Shown: one piece after another, positions 39,142 through 47,687 of the stretch
Numbering within the stretch: position 1 is the stretch's first letter
Layout of the letters: each line of letters begins with the position of its first letter
Assembly (NCBI GenBank): GCA_965205975.1
Contig: OZ242195.1
Coordinates: 4,320,001 to 4,384,000, forward strand
Source: Candidatus Latescibacterota bacterium
GTDB taxonomy: Bacteria; Latescibacterota; UBA2968
Direction of reading: 5' to 3'
Length of the DNA stretch: 64,000 bases
Position numbers and translations under genes: made by a program
The notes under the pieces: model-generated
Told to the model about the DNA's origin: nothing
Seen by the model: only the letters and a program-made list of their open reading frames with translations
The model's database searches: none

Positions 39142-40553
39142 GGCGTGATCTCCTTTGTGATGGGTTGGCTGGCTCCCCAACTGCTGATGAGGGCAGAGAA
39201 TAAGCCCGCGTCTCCGCCTGCGCGGACGATGTGCAATGTGTTGTTGCGAAATTTGGGTAGTGTTTCTTTGTCTTTTGCCCGCGTGCCTTCAGGGATGCCG
39301 CCCGCGCCTGAGAGCAGTTCTGCGACGGGGAGTTGGAGGTACTGATTTAGTGTGTCGCAGAATCGGGTTTTTGACCAGCCTGCGTCTGCATATCGGCGGG
39401 TGTGTTCTGGCGATATGACCAGTACGGGAGGCGGGCTATTTGCGTGTTTGGGATGGCCATCGGCTTTGAGGCAGGCGGCGAAGGATCGGCACAGGGCGTC
39501 GGGATCTCGGGATGCCTGATCCATGATGGGGGTGACGCCGCTGGCTGCAAAGAGCGAGACTGTGGATGCGTCGGGTGAGAATCCCCTTTCGACGGCAAGG
39601 GATTCCCAGGGGGAATCGTCTTCGCGTTCGGCAAAGCAGAAGGTGTATTTGCCCGGGTTGCCGAGCGTGGCGCGATCAATGCCACCGGGGATGCCGCCGC
39701 CGATGTTGCGGATGACGAGTTGAAGGGCGCGTCCGATGGTCGCGTTGGCGCGGTTGCCCTGCCCGAGCGCGTTGACCCGCGCGTTCATGTCGATTTCGCG
39801 TGTTATCGGTCCATTGACGACGATCATGGGGCCTGCAAAGAATGTGGTGGCGAGCAGTCCGTGCATGCAAAAGGCCTCTGTGAGTGCGGTTTCAACCGCT
39901 GCGAGTACGACGGGGAGATATTCGGGTTTGCATCCGGCGAGGACAGCGTTGATGGCGACTTTTTCTACGGTACATTTGTTGTAATTGGGGGGGACGATGC
40001 CCACCAATTCGTCGGGGGAGCGGGTTGTTCCCGATAGCATGCGCATGATGCGTTCTTCGGTGGGTGGCACGACGGGCAAGCCGTCGCTCCAGCCGCGTTC
40101 AAAACAGGTTTCTATTTCGTCTTCGAGAGCGCCGACTTCAATGCGCCGGGCGGCGAGTACGGTTTCGCCAAATTGTACGGCGAGTTTTTCAGCTATGCCC
40201 GGTTCGATGCTTTTTGATCCGCATCCCGGGCGGGATTCGGGCAGGTCTGCGCCGAGGGGGCTGAGTCCCGATACGGTTTCCCAATCGCCGCGATGCCATC
40301 CAACAGTTCGCGCCACTTCTCGCCCTTTTTCAAAACGGAGCAGGGTCGGTACGGTTTCGATGTTGAGACGATAGGAGTGTTCCAGACCAGTGTCGTCAAT
40401 AACGTCTGCAATTCCCGTGGGAAAATCGGGATTGTCCTGGGTGTAAACCGCGAGTGATTCTTCCCGTTTTCCAATTTGTCTGAGTACGGGTGCAATGAGA
40501 GCACAGGTCGGGCAGTCCTGTTTTACCACGGCTATTAAGCTGTGTGTGTTCAT
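39138..40553 (-). CDS. thioredoxin-fold (CPTC) domain fused to a conserved uncharacterised domain; partner of the UGSC protein
   Basis: KQDCPTC and IETVPTL (cis-Pro) N-terminal domain; GWSDGLPVVPPT, EKVAINAVLAGC, NRANATIGRA, GNPGKY. Confidence 0.8.
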   Translation of the reverse strand: MNTHSLIAVVKQDCPTCALIAPVLRQIGKREESLAVYTQDNPDFPTGIADVIDDTGLEHSYRLNIETVPTLLRFEKGREVARTVGWHRGDWETVSGLSPLGADLPESRPGCGSKSIEPGIAEKLAVQFGETVLAARRIEVGALEDEIETCFERGWSDGLPVVPPTEERIMRMLSGTTRSPDELVGIVPPNYNKCTVEKVAINAVLAGCKPEYLPVVLAAVETALTEAFCMHGLLATTFFAGPMIVVNGPITREIDMNARVNALGQGNRANATIGRALQLVIRNIGGGIPGGIDRATLGNPGKYTFCFAEREDDSPWESLAVERGFSPDASTVSLFAASGVTPIMDQASRDPDALCRSFAACLKADGHPKHANSPPPVLVISPEHTRRYADAGWSKTRFCDTLNQYLQLPVAELLSGAGGIPEGTRAKDKETLPKFRNNTLHIVRAGGDAGLFSALISSWGASQPITKEITP

Positions 40554-40736
40554 CTATTTTGTCCTTTTGAACATTGTATTTCTTTTTGCAGAATGTCGTA
40601 ATTTACCGATGTTATGCCATTATCAGGTACGGCGAGACACAAAGAGTTCTGTTAGAAAGACAGTTATGCGCTGCAAGTTTGATGCTCGCCCCTTCACGCT
40701 TTTCAAGAGGGATTTTTTGCTATATAAGTACTTATC

Positions 40737-40752
40737 TGCAATATCTATGCCA
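40737..40752 (-). promoter_or_regulatory. sigma-54 (-24/-12) promoter candidate
   Basis: Minus strand TGGCATAGATATTGCA matches TGGCAY-N5-TTGCW with exact spacing. Confidence 0.7.
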
Positions 40753-40848
40753 ATGTGAGGCTGTTCGAGCGATCACAATCACAAATAATTGTTTTTATTT
40801 AATGTATAATGACAAAAAAAGAAAAAATCAGGCAGAGGAGTTTTTACT

Positions 40849-40870
40849 ATTAGACGATATATCGTCTAAT
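40849..40870. promoter_or_regulatory. perfect 22-bp palindrome, probable transcription-factor site
   Basis: ATTAGACGATATATCGTCTAAT in an AT-rich divergent intergenic region. Confidence 0.7.
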
Positions 40871-41147
40871 TTTTATGACCAATGGCCGATATACAGACCA
40901 ATGGTCGAAATAAAAACTATGAGAGGGGATATAGGGGATATACAAGATATTGTGGGGAAATACAGTATTGGACTGCTAATGTAGAACATGTCGCGTTTTT
41001 AGGGAAGAAAAAAATACAGGTTTTACAAGTATTTAAAAAAAGTGGTCATATCTATAATAACCCGATGCAATACATTCTTGACAAGTGCGCGATATATCAT
41101 TACTGAAAATATCATTGGATTCTTGAACGCCACCTTATCACAATCTT

Positions 41148-43124
41148 ATGGCACTTGCACAATCACAACCCGAACCTGCGCGGGCGCGGCATATTACCGT
41201 CCGATCTATTGTCCTTGGTGCGGCTACTGCGGCGTTGCTCAATATTTACAGCGATTACACGGGCATGATTTTGGGGTCTGCTTCGCTGGTTAAGTCGCAG
41301 TTGTCCATGGCTATGCTTTTGCCCTTTGTCGCGTGGCTCGTGATCAATCTCATTCTAAAGCTGGCCTGGCCGCGCATGGCTTTGCGGGGCACAGAGCTTC
41401 TGGTTATTTACAGCATGTCGTGGATTGTGGGCACGGTTTCGGCAAGTGGGTGGACGACCTATTGGGGCGGTATTGTCAGTACGCCGTTTTATTATGCTTC
41501 TCCCGAAAATCGATGGGAAGAGGTCCTTTTTGATATTTTGCCGTGGTGGTGTTTGCCCCAGGCAACGCCCGAAATTATTCGCACGTATTACGAGGGGCTT
41601 CCCGATGGCGCGAGTATTCCCTGGCGCGGTTGGCTGGCTTCGCTGCACTGGTGGTTCGCCGTATCTATTGCCCTTGTTGTTGCCGGGTTATGTCTCGCGG
41701 TCATTTTTCAAAAGCAGTGGGAGGAGAACGAGCGTCTGACTTTTCCTCTCGCGGCTTTTCCGATTGCACTGACCGAGGGCTTTGACGAACCGGGCCGCGT
41801 TATACCCGGTATTTTTCGGAATAAACTCTTTTGGGTCGGCTTTTTTATTGTTTTTGGTGTTTTTGCCTGGAATATCCTCGGTTATTTTGCCATTAGCTTG
41901 CCCCGAATTGGCATTTACGACGGTTATCTGACCAAGGAGGTGCCTATTGCGCGCAATTTTCCATCGTTTTATTTGCGTATTTTGCCACCTGTTTTAGGGC
42001 TTACTTATATGTGTAACCTGGATATCCTCTTCAGTTTTTGGGCTTTTCGTCTTATCGCCATTGTCAAAGAAGGGGTGATGGCTCGCACGGGTTTTAATGT
42101 GGGCCTTTCCGGGCAACAGGCCGAGGCGGCCGAGATTCTGATTTTAGAATCTCATGGTGCTTTCATCTTTCTGGCAGTGTGGGCGGTATGGGTCGCGCGA
42201 GGTCATTTGCGAGATGTTCTTCGCGCAGCGATGACGGGAGGGGCAGATGACGGTCTGGTATCTTATCGCCTGGCATTGCTCGGTTTTATTGCGGCGACTA
42301 TTTTTGTTTTTGGGTGGTTCGTCGCGGTGGGTTTGTCTCCTTTTCTCGCGCTCTTCCACCTCTTACTGCTTTATGCAGCGTATTTTACTGTGGCAAAATA
42401 CACTGCGGCCAGCGGTTTTTCTTATCTTTTTCCGGTTGGGGGCAAGGGGGGGCAAATTGTCGAGATTTTTACGGGGACCGCAACGCTTACGCAACAAAAT
42501 ACCGTTGCTCTGGGCGTGATCAATTCGAGTGCATTTTTTGGCAATTCGCGCATTCCCGCATGGCCCGCTCTGCCTCATCATCTCAAACTTTTGGGGAATG
42601 ACGTCCGCCGTCGCTGGGTTTTCTGGATCGTTTTGTTGGCTTTTGCCTCGGGGTTTTTTGGATCGTGTCTTTTTATTGTGCATTTGGGATATAATTACGC
42701 GGGTCAAAACCTGGGGCTGTCGGGTTTTAGCGGGTCCAATATTCGCACGTACGATCGCATGGTTTCCGCTATTGTTGGCGCGGATAAAACGGTTTTTGAT
42801 CCGGGTAAAATAGCGGTCTGGATTTTTGGGTTTGGGCAAGCGGGTCTGCTTATGCTCCTTCGCAATCGCGTCCCGTGGTGGCCCTTGCACCCCCTGGGTC
42901 TGGCTTTTCAGAAGATGTCGGGTTCTCGGGTCTATGCCTTCAGTATTTTTCTGACCTGGGCGTCCAAGCTCATTATTCTGCGCATTGGTGGCATTTCGAT
43001 CTATCGGCGCTGTATCCCTTTGTTCTTTGGTCTTGTGATCGGTTATGTCGTCGGTGTGGGGGTGTCTTCTGTTGTCGATTTTACCTTTTTCCCGGAAGAA
43101 GGGCATTCTGTTCACGGGTGGTAG
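41148..43124 (+). CDS. DUF6785/DUF6784-type polytopic membrane protein (putative transporter)
   Basis: QKQWEENERLTFP, DILFSFW, WWPLHPLG, GHSVHGW; paralog of 20657-22642. Confidence 0.75.
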   Translation: MALAQSQPEPARARHITVRSIVLGAATAALLNIYSDYTGMILGSASLVKSQLSMAMLLPFVAWLVINLILKLAWPRMALRGTELLVIYSMSWIVGTVSASGWTTYWGGIVSTPFYYASPENRWEEVLFDILPWWCLPQATPEIIRTYYEGLPDGASIPWRGWLASLHWWFAVSIALVVAGLCLAVIFQKQWEENERLTFPLAAFPIALTEGFDEPGRVIPGIFRNKLFWVGFFIVFGVFAWNILGYFAISLPRIGIYDGYLTKEVPIARNFPSFYLRILPPVLGLTYMCNLDILFSFWAFRLIAIVKEGVMARTGFNVGLSGQQAEAAEILILESHGAFIFLAVWAVWVARGHLRDVLRAAMTGGADDGLVSYRLALLGFIAATIFVFGWFVAVGLSPFLALFHLLLLYAAYFTVAKYTAASGFSYLFPVGGKGGQIVEIFTGTATLTQQNTVALGVINSSAFFGNSRIPAWPALPHHLKLLGNDVRRRWVFWIVLLAFASGFFGSCLFIVHLGYNYAGQNLGLSGFSGSNIRTYDRMVSAIVGADKTVFDPGKIAVWIFGFGQAGLLMLLRNRVPWWPLHPLGLAFQKMSGSRVYAFSIFLTWASKLIILRIGGISIYRRCIPLFFGLVIGYVVGVGVSSVVDFTFFPEEGHSVHGW

Positions 43125-43129
43125 CTCTT

Positions 43130-43741
43130 ATGTCCAATCGCTATCCCATTCCCGCCGAGACCTGCCGCGTAGAGGATGAAATTAAGCGCAGTCGCTTTAT
43201 TACGACGTTGGCGCATACATCGGTGCGAGAAGAAGCTCGTGTGTTTATCGATCAAATTCGCGCCGAGTTTCCCGATGCTTCACACAATTGCTGGGCGTTC
43301 CTGATCGGGCCACCAGGTACAACGGGTAATGTGGGGATGAGCGATGATGGAGAGCCGCATGGTACGGCTGGTCGTCCTATGCTGACCGTGCTCACGCATT
43401 CGGGGCTTGGCGATGTGGTAGTAGTTGTGACGCGCTATTTTGGTGGGACAAAGTTGGGGAAAGGCGGGCTTGTGCGGGCTTATTCAGGCGGGGTGCAACA
43501 CGCGCTTGAGAAGGTTCAATGCACAGAGCGCGTGACGCGGATCGCTGTTTTGGCGACGATTGGCTATGCGGCTTATGAATCTTTCAAGCGGTTGCTTCCG
43601 GATTTTGAAGTGCGTGTTGTCGCTGAAGATTTTGGGACCGATATTACATGCGAACTGGCTGTGCCTGAAGAACAGGTTGGACCTTTCAAACAGGCGGTGG
43701 GGAATCTGACCAGGGGACAGGCGCAGGTTGAGGAGGTGTGA
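43130..43741 (+). CDS. YigZ/IMPACT family protein
   Basis: IKRSRFI, DASHNCWA, SDDGEPHGTAGRP, VTRYFGGTKLGKGGLVRAY. Confidence 0.94.
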   Translation: MSNRYPIPAETCRVEDEIKRSRFITTLAHTSVREEARVFIDQIRAEFPDASHNCWAFLIGPPGTTGNVGMSDDGEPHGTAGRPMLTVLTHSGLGDVVVVVTRYFGGTKLGKGGLVRAYSGGVQHALEKVQCTERVTRIAVLATIGYAAYESFKRLLPDFEVRVVAEDFGTDITCELAVPEEQVGPFKQAVGNLTRGQAQVEEV

Positions 43742-43749
43742 GGCGCGCG

Positions 43750-44919
43750 TTATGCCTTATCGCGGATCAAGTTTGGCAAGCGCGTGTCGGGATTGATGCC
43801 GATGGCGTGTTTGCCGTTTAAGAGTGCGATCAGGTCTGCGCCTAAAAATTCGTACCGCCAACCTGTGTGCAACGGATTATCCGTCGCATTTTTTTTGCGG
43901 GAAATGAATTCTTTGACTTCTGATCGCGATGCGACCATTGGGATGTCGATGCCTTCTGATAGACACCGTCCGCGCAAGAAAGCCATGGCGAGATCGAGAC
44001 GTGCATCGTCAAAGGGATCGGGTCGCACAGGTGGGGATATGGGCGGGCAATTTTTTTCGTCGATTGCCAATCCGCGCTGTACAGCGTTGAGGAGGCTATT
44101 GCTGTGCTGATTTATGGTTGATCTCGGGATACCCCGCAATCGTTTTAGCGACTGAGATGATTGCGGCTTGCGCCGGGCGATTTGCACGATGGCGTTATCG
44201 CTCATGATCCAGGTTTTGGGGCGGTCTGTCTGTCGGGCCTTTTGTTCGCGCCAGGTGGCCAGTTCGCGCACGATGGCCATATTGCGTCTGGAGAGTCGTC
44301 CTGTGCCTTTTACGCGCGTATATTGTTCTTCGGGCGCGCGGTCGTCGTACAATTTGGCAATATCGTACTGACGGAGCTCTTCTGCCAACCAGTTTTCTCG
44401 ACCTCGTCGATGAATGTCGGTCAGGATATGTTCGCGCAGGGCAGGCAAATATCGCACATCATCCAGGGCATAGGCGAGTTGTTTATCCGATAATGGTCGC
44501 CTCAACCAGTTTGTGCGCGTTTCTGTTTTGGGTAATTGTATGTTGAGACACAGGCGCAATAAATTGCCCAGCGATAGGTTTGAACTCAAATCCATGAAGC
44601 CCGCTGCACAACGCGTGTCAAATATATTGCAGGGGAGAGCATCTGTTATCCGTCTCAAAATCCAGAGGTCTTGCTGTGCATCGTGCAAAATTTTCACAGT
44701 GTGAGGGTTTGATAATAAGGTACCCAGAGGCGATAGATCCGATAATGTGACGGTATCTATCAGGTGGCAATCATTTTCTGAAAGTCCCACCTGTATAATG
44801 CCCAGGCGCGGATAATAGGTTTGTTCCCAGATAAATTCTGTATCAATGCCCACACAGGGCGCGTTTAGAGCGCGGTTGACAAGGGTTTCGAGTTCGTTGG
44901 GTGTATTGATTAGTGGCAT
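43750..44919 (-). CDS. rnd: ribonuclease D
   Basis: IDTEF..TYYP, HDAQQD, FDT, WLRRPLS, YALDDV, HRDC domain, GWR. Confidence 0.92.
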   Translation of the reverse strand: MPLINTPNELETLVNRALNAPCVGIDTEFIWEQTYYPRLGIIQVGLSENDCHLIDTVTLSDLSPLGTLLSNPHTVKILHDAQQDLWILRRITDALPCNIFDTRCAAGFMDLSSNLSLGNLLRLCLNIQLPKTETRTNWLRRPLSDKQLAYALDDVRYLPALREHILTDIHRRGRENWLAEELRQYDIAKLYDDRAPEEQYTRVKGTGRLSRRNMAIVRELATWREQKARQTDRPKTWIMSDNAIVQIARRKPQSSQSLKRLRGIPRSTINQHSNSLLNAVQRGLAIDEKNCPPISPPVRPDPFDDARLDLAMAFLRGRCLSEGIDIPMVASRSEVKEFISRKKNATDNPLHTGWRYEFLGADLIALLNGKHAIGINPDTRLPNLIRDKA

Positions 44920-45018
44920 GAAAAGACCGTTTTGGTTAATGTGTTGAGATCAAGGTATCACATCACGCGCTTAATATCAAGCACAGAACCTGCACCTTAT
45001 TATTATAAAGGAGTCTGT

Positions 45019-45930
45019 ATGAACCATCGACAACTTGGCAAAGACGGTGCCGACATCCCGGTTATAGGCCTGGGTGCCTGGCCCATTGGCGGCGGTATGG
45101 GCAATATGGACGATAGGGATAGTATTGATACTGTGCGTACTGCTATTGACAGCGGTATTACCCTGCTCGATACTGCACAGGCATATCGCACCAGCGAGGC
45201 CACACTGGGCAGAGCGCTCAAAGATGGCTATCGCGAGCGGTGCTTTCTGGCGACGAAAGTCAGTCGTCAATATTCTCGCGGGGATATTGAATACGCCATT
45301 GAAAATAGCCTGCGAAATCTCGATGTCGATTACGTAGATTTGTATCAAATCCACAGTTGGAACCCTCAATATCCCATTGAAGAGAGTATGGAAACTATGG
45401 CCCGGCTGCAAGAGCAGGGCAAAACGCGCTTTATCGGGGTTTCCAACTTCAATGCGGCACAGATGCAACAGGCGTACGATATTGCCCCATTTCATTCAAA
45501 TCAGCCGCGCTACAATATGTTTGATCGGAATATTGAAGCCGAAGATCTGGATTTTTGCAAACAAACGGGTATTGGCATCCTCGCCCATAGTCCCCTGGGG
45601 AAAGGTTTGCTTACGGGCAAATATGCGTCCGGTCACGTCTTTTCCGAAGACGACGAGCGCGCGAATTCACCTCGCTTTCAAGGCGATCTCTTCGCCCGTT
45701 ATCTCGCAGTGGCAGACCAGTTAAAATCCGTTGCTGCCGATAAAAATATCACGATGGTGCAACTCGCTATTGCCTGGCTTCTTCGCCGCGAGGAAGTAAC
45801 ATGTGTGCTCGTTGGGGCAAAAAATTCCGATCAGGCCAAAGAACACGTCGGCGCGGCAGATGTCGCGTTTTCGGATGATGAATTGGAACGTATTGAAAAA
45901 ATTTTGCAAGATACGCCGAGTGGCTTTTAG
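45019..45930 (+). CDS. aldo/keto reductase
   Basis: IGLGAW, DTAQAY, ATK, DYVDLYQIH, IGVSNF, SPLGKGLLTGK. Confidence 0.93.
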   Translation: MNHRQLGKDGADIPVIGLGAWPIGGGMGNMDDRDSIDTVRTAIDSGITLLDTAQAYRTSEATLGRALKDGYRERCFLATKVSRQYSRGDIEYAIENSLRNLDVDYVDLYQIHSWNPQYPIEESMETMARLQEQGKTRFIGVSNFNAAQMQQAYDIAPFHSNQPRYNMFDRNIEAEDLDFCKQTGIGILAHSPLGKGLLTGKYASGHVFSEDDERANSPRFQGDLFARYLAVADQLKSVAADKNITMVQLAIAWLLRREEVTCVLVGAKNSDQAKEHVGAADVAFSDDELERIEKILQDTPSGF

Positions 45931-45940
45931 GAGGTTTATC

Positions 45941-46765
45941 ATGATTATTGATCCCCATCTCCATGTGTGGAGCGATGACGAGGAAACCTATCCCTACGGT
46001 CCCAGCCAACCCCATGAGGCGGGTTCGGTCGAGCTTTTGTTTGAGACGATGGCGGACGCAGGGGTGGATAAAGCGGTTATTGTTCAGCCGATCCACTATC
46101 TCTTTGATAATCGATATGTGGCCGATTGTCTCAAACGGTATCCCGATAAGCTGGCAGCACAGGCTCTTGTGGATCCCACATCACCCGATGCAGCGGATGA
46201 GTTGGAGCGTTTGCACAGGGAAGAGGGGTTTGGCGGGATGCGCATTCATTTGTCGCGTTATGGAGACCCTAAAGGTCTGGCTGCACCTGACAAGGATCCG
46301 CTGTGGGCGCGTGCCCGAGATCTGGGCCTGTGTTTCAATCTGTTTGGTGGGGCTGAGGATCATGCGCCTGTTGAACCCATTATTGCCCGGTTTCCCGAGG
46401 TCAATGTTGTGGTTGATCACATTGCCGGTATTCCCGTGGATGAGCCGGATCCCAAGCCCTTGCTGACCAATTTGCTCAATTGGGGACAATATCCCAATGT
46501 GTATGTCAAGATTTCCAATGTGGGACAGCGATCCAATATGCCCTATCCACACCGAGATACGCACGATATGATCAAGCGCATTTACGATGTTTACGGTCCG
46601 GAGCGTTTGATGTGGGGTACGGATTTTCCCCATGTGTTCAGGAGTTGTGGGTACAGAGGGTCTCTGGATTTGATACGCGACCACATGTTTTTTAATGATA
46701 ACGATCTCGAATGGATTCTGTGTAAGACCATTCTCAAACTGTGGTCTTTTGATGAGCGCATATGA
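45941..46765 (+). CDS. amidohydrolase family protein (Amidohydro_2)
   Basis: IIDPHLHVW, VVDH, PNVYVKIS, RLMWGTDFP. Confidence 0.9.
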   Translation: MIIDPHLHVWSDDEETYPYGPSQPHEAGSVELLFETMADAGVDKAVIVQPIHYLFDNRYVADCLKRYPDKLAAQALVDPTSPDAADELERLHREEGFGGMRIHLSRYGDPKGLAAPDKDPLWARARDLGLCFNLFGGAEDHAPVEPIIARFPEVNVVVDHIAGIPVDEPDPKPLLTNLLNWGQYPNVYVKISNVGQRSNMPYPHRDTHDMIKRIYDVYGPERLMWGTDFPHVFRSCGYRGSLDLIRDHMFFNDNDLEWILCKTILKLWSFDERI

Positions 46766-46788
46766 GAATCTGATGGGATTTTTCGTAA

Positions 46789-46829
46789 AATAAAAGAGCC
46801 ATAACACCTGAATGGTATGGCTCTTTATT
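46789..46829. terminator. bidirectional terminator-like hairpin between convergent genes
   Basis: ataaaagagccata...tatggctctttat. Confidence 0.7.
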
Positions 46830-46845
46830 GTATTGTGATTAATCG

Positions 46846-47676
46846 CTATCCCAGTGCTTCGAGATATTCTTCGCCTTTGTGTTCGCGCAGCCAACTTTTG
46901 AGGGGGACATCGGCTTCTGTGGGTTGCCACCACCCTTTGACGTCTATGCCATCGCCGAGTAGCTGGCGGCGGATGGGGTCGCATTTGCCGAGTATATTTT
47001 CGGGCATGAGGTTGTAATCCAGCCCCCGCAGCCAGCGATAACTGTAGCCAAAGAATAGCACGCGGCGCGTGACGTCGGATGTGTTAATTCCCCGCCGGTG
47101 CCACATTCTGCGGTCAAAGAGTACGGCTGTTCCCGCCTTAACACATACGGGCATCACATCGCATTCTTCGGGTTTTGTGTCCAGTTTGTGACTGCGCGGC
47201 ACTATTTGCATTGCGCCGTGTTCTGGGGTGTCAACATCGCTTAGCCAGTAACTGATTTTTAGCGATAAGCGCGGGTGGGGACGCTCCATCTCGGGTACGG
47301 GTCGCCCGCCGTCTTGATGCCAGCCGCCCGGGTTAATCTCGCGTTTCTTTTGTTCGGGGGGATATACGATTAGATGGGAAATATAAAGCTGGATATTCCA
47401 CCCCAAAATATCCCATAATAAGGGAAATGTTTTGGGGTTATCGAGTAATTCCAGAAAGACATCGTCTTCCACAATGGTTCGGAATTTACCCAGAAGAGCA
47501 TTTGGTTTCAGTCCTTGTACTTCGCGCTCCTGCGCTTCTACCCGATCGACAGCGTCATTCAATCGCGCGAGCAGGTCGGGCGATAGAGCGTCTTCGACAA
47601 TCAAATACCCCTCGTCATTGAATTGCCTGAGTTGCGCTTCTGTAGCGCAGTGTTGCAACCATTTTTTCGCGTTCAT
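46846..47676 (-). CDS. phytanoyl-CoA dioxygenase family (Fe(II)/2OG) protein
   Basis: FNDEGYLIVEDAL, WHQD, VPRSH, WH, R; HxD...H triad. Confidence 0.88.
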   Translation of the reverse strand: MNAKKWLQHCATEAQLRQFNDEGYLIVEDALSPDLLARLNDAVDRVEAQEREVQGLKPNALLGKFRTIVEDDVFLELLDNPKTFPLLWDILGWNIQLYISHLIVYPPEQKKREINPGGWHQDGGRPVPEMERPHPRLSLKISYWLSDVDTPEHGAMQIVPRSHKLDTKPEECDVMPVCVKAGTAVLFDRRMWHRRGINTSDVTRRVLFFGYSYRWLRGLDYNLMPENILGKCDPIRRQLLGDGIDVKGWWQPTEADVPLKSWLREHKGEEYLEALG

Positions 47677-47687
47677 GGTGTTTTCCT

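Noticed and set aside
38632..39180. Two separate small ORFs (71 aa and 103 aa) or a nonsense pseudogene
   Set aside because: A single in-frame TGA in a U-G-S-C context with a downstream hairpin is better explained as selenocysteine
40780..41100. Possible replication origin (AT-rich)
   Set aside because: No TTATCCACA DnaA boxes seen and no dnaA/dnaN nearby
40574..41106. ORFs of 136 aa and 74 aa in the AT-rich spacer
   Set aside because: No RBS or recognisable motifs; region better explained as regulatory
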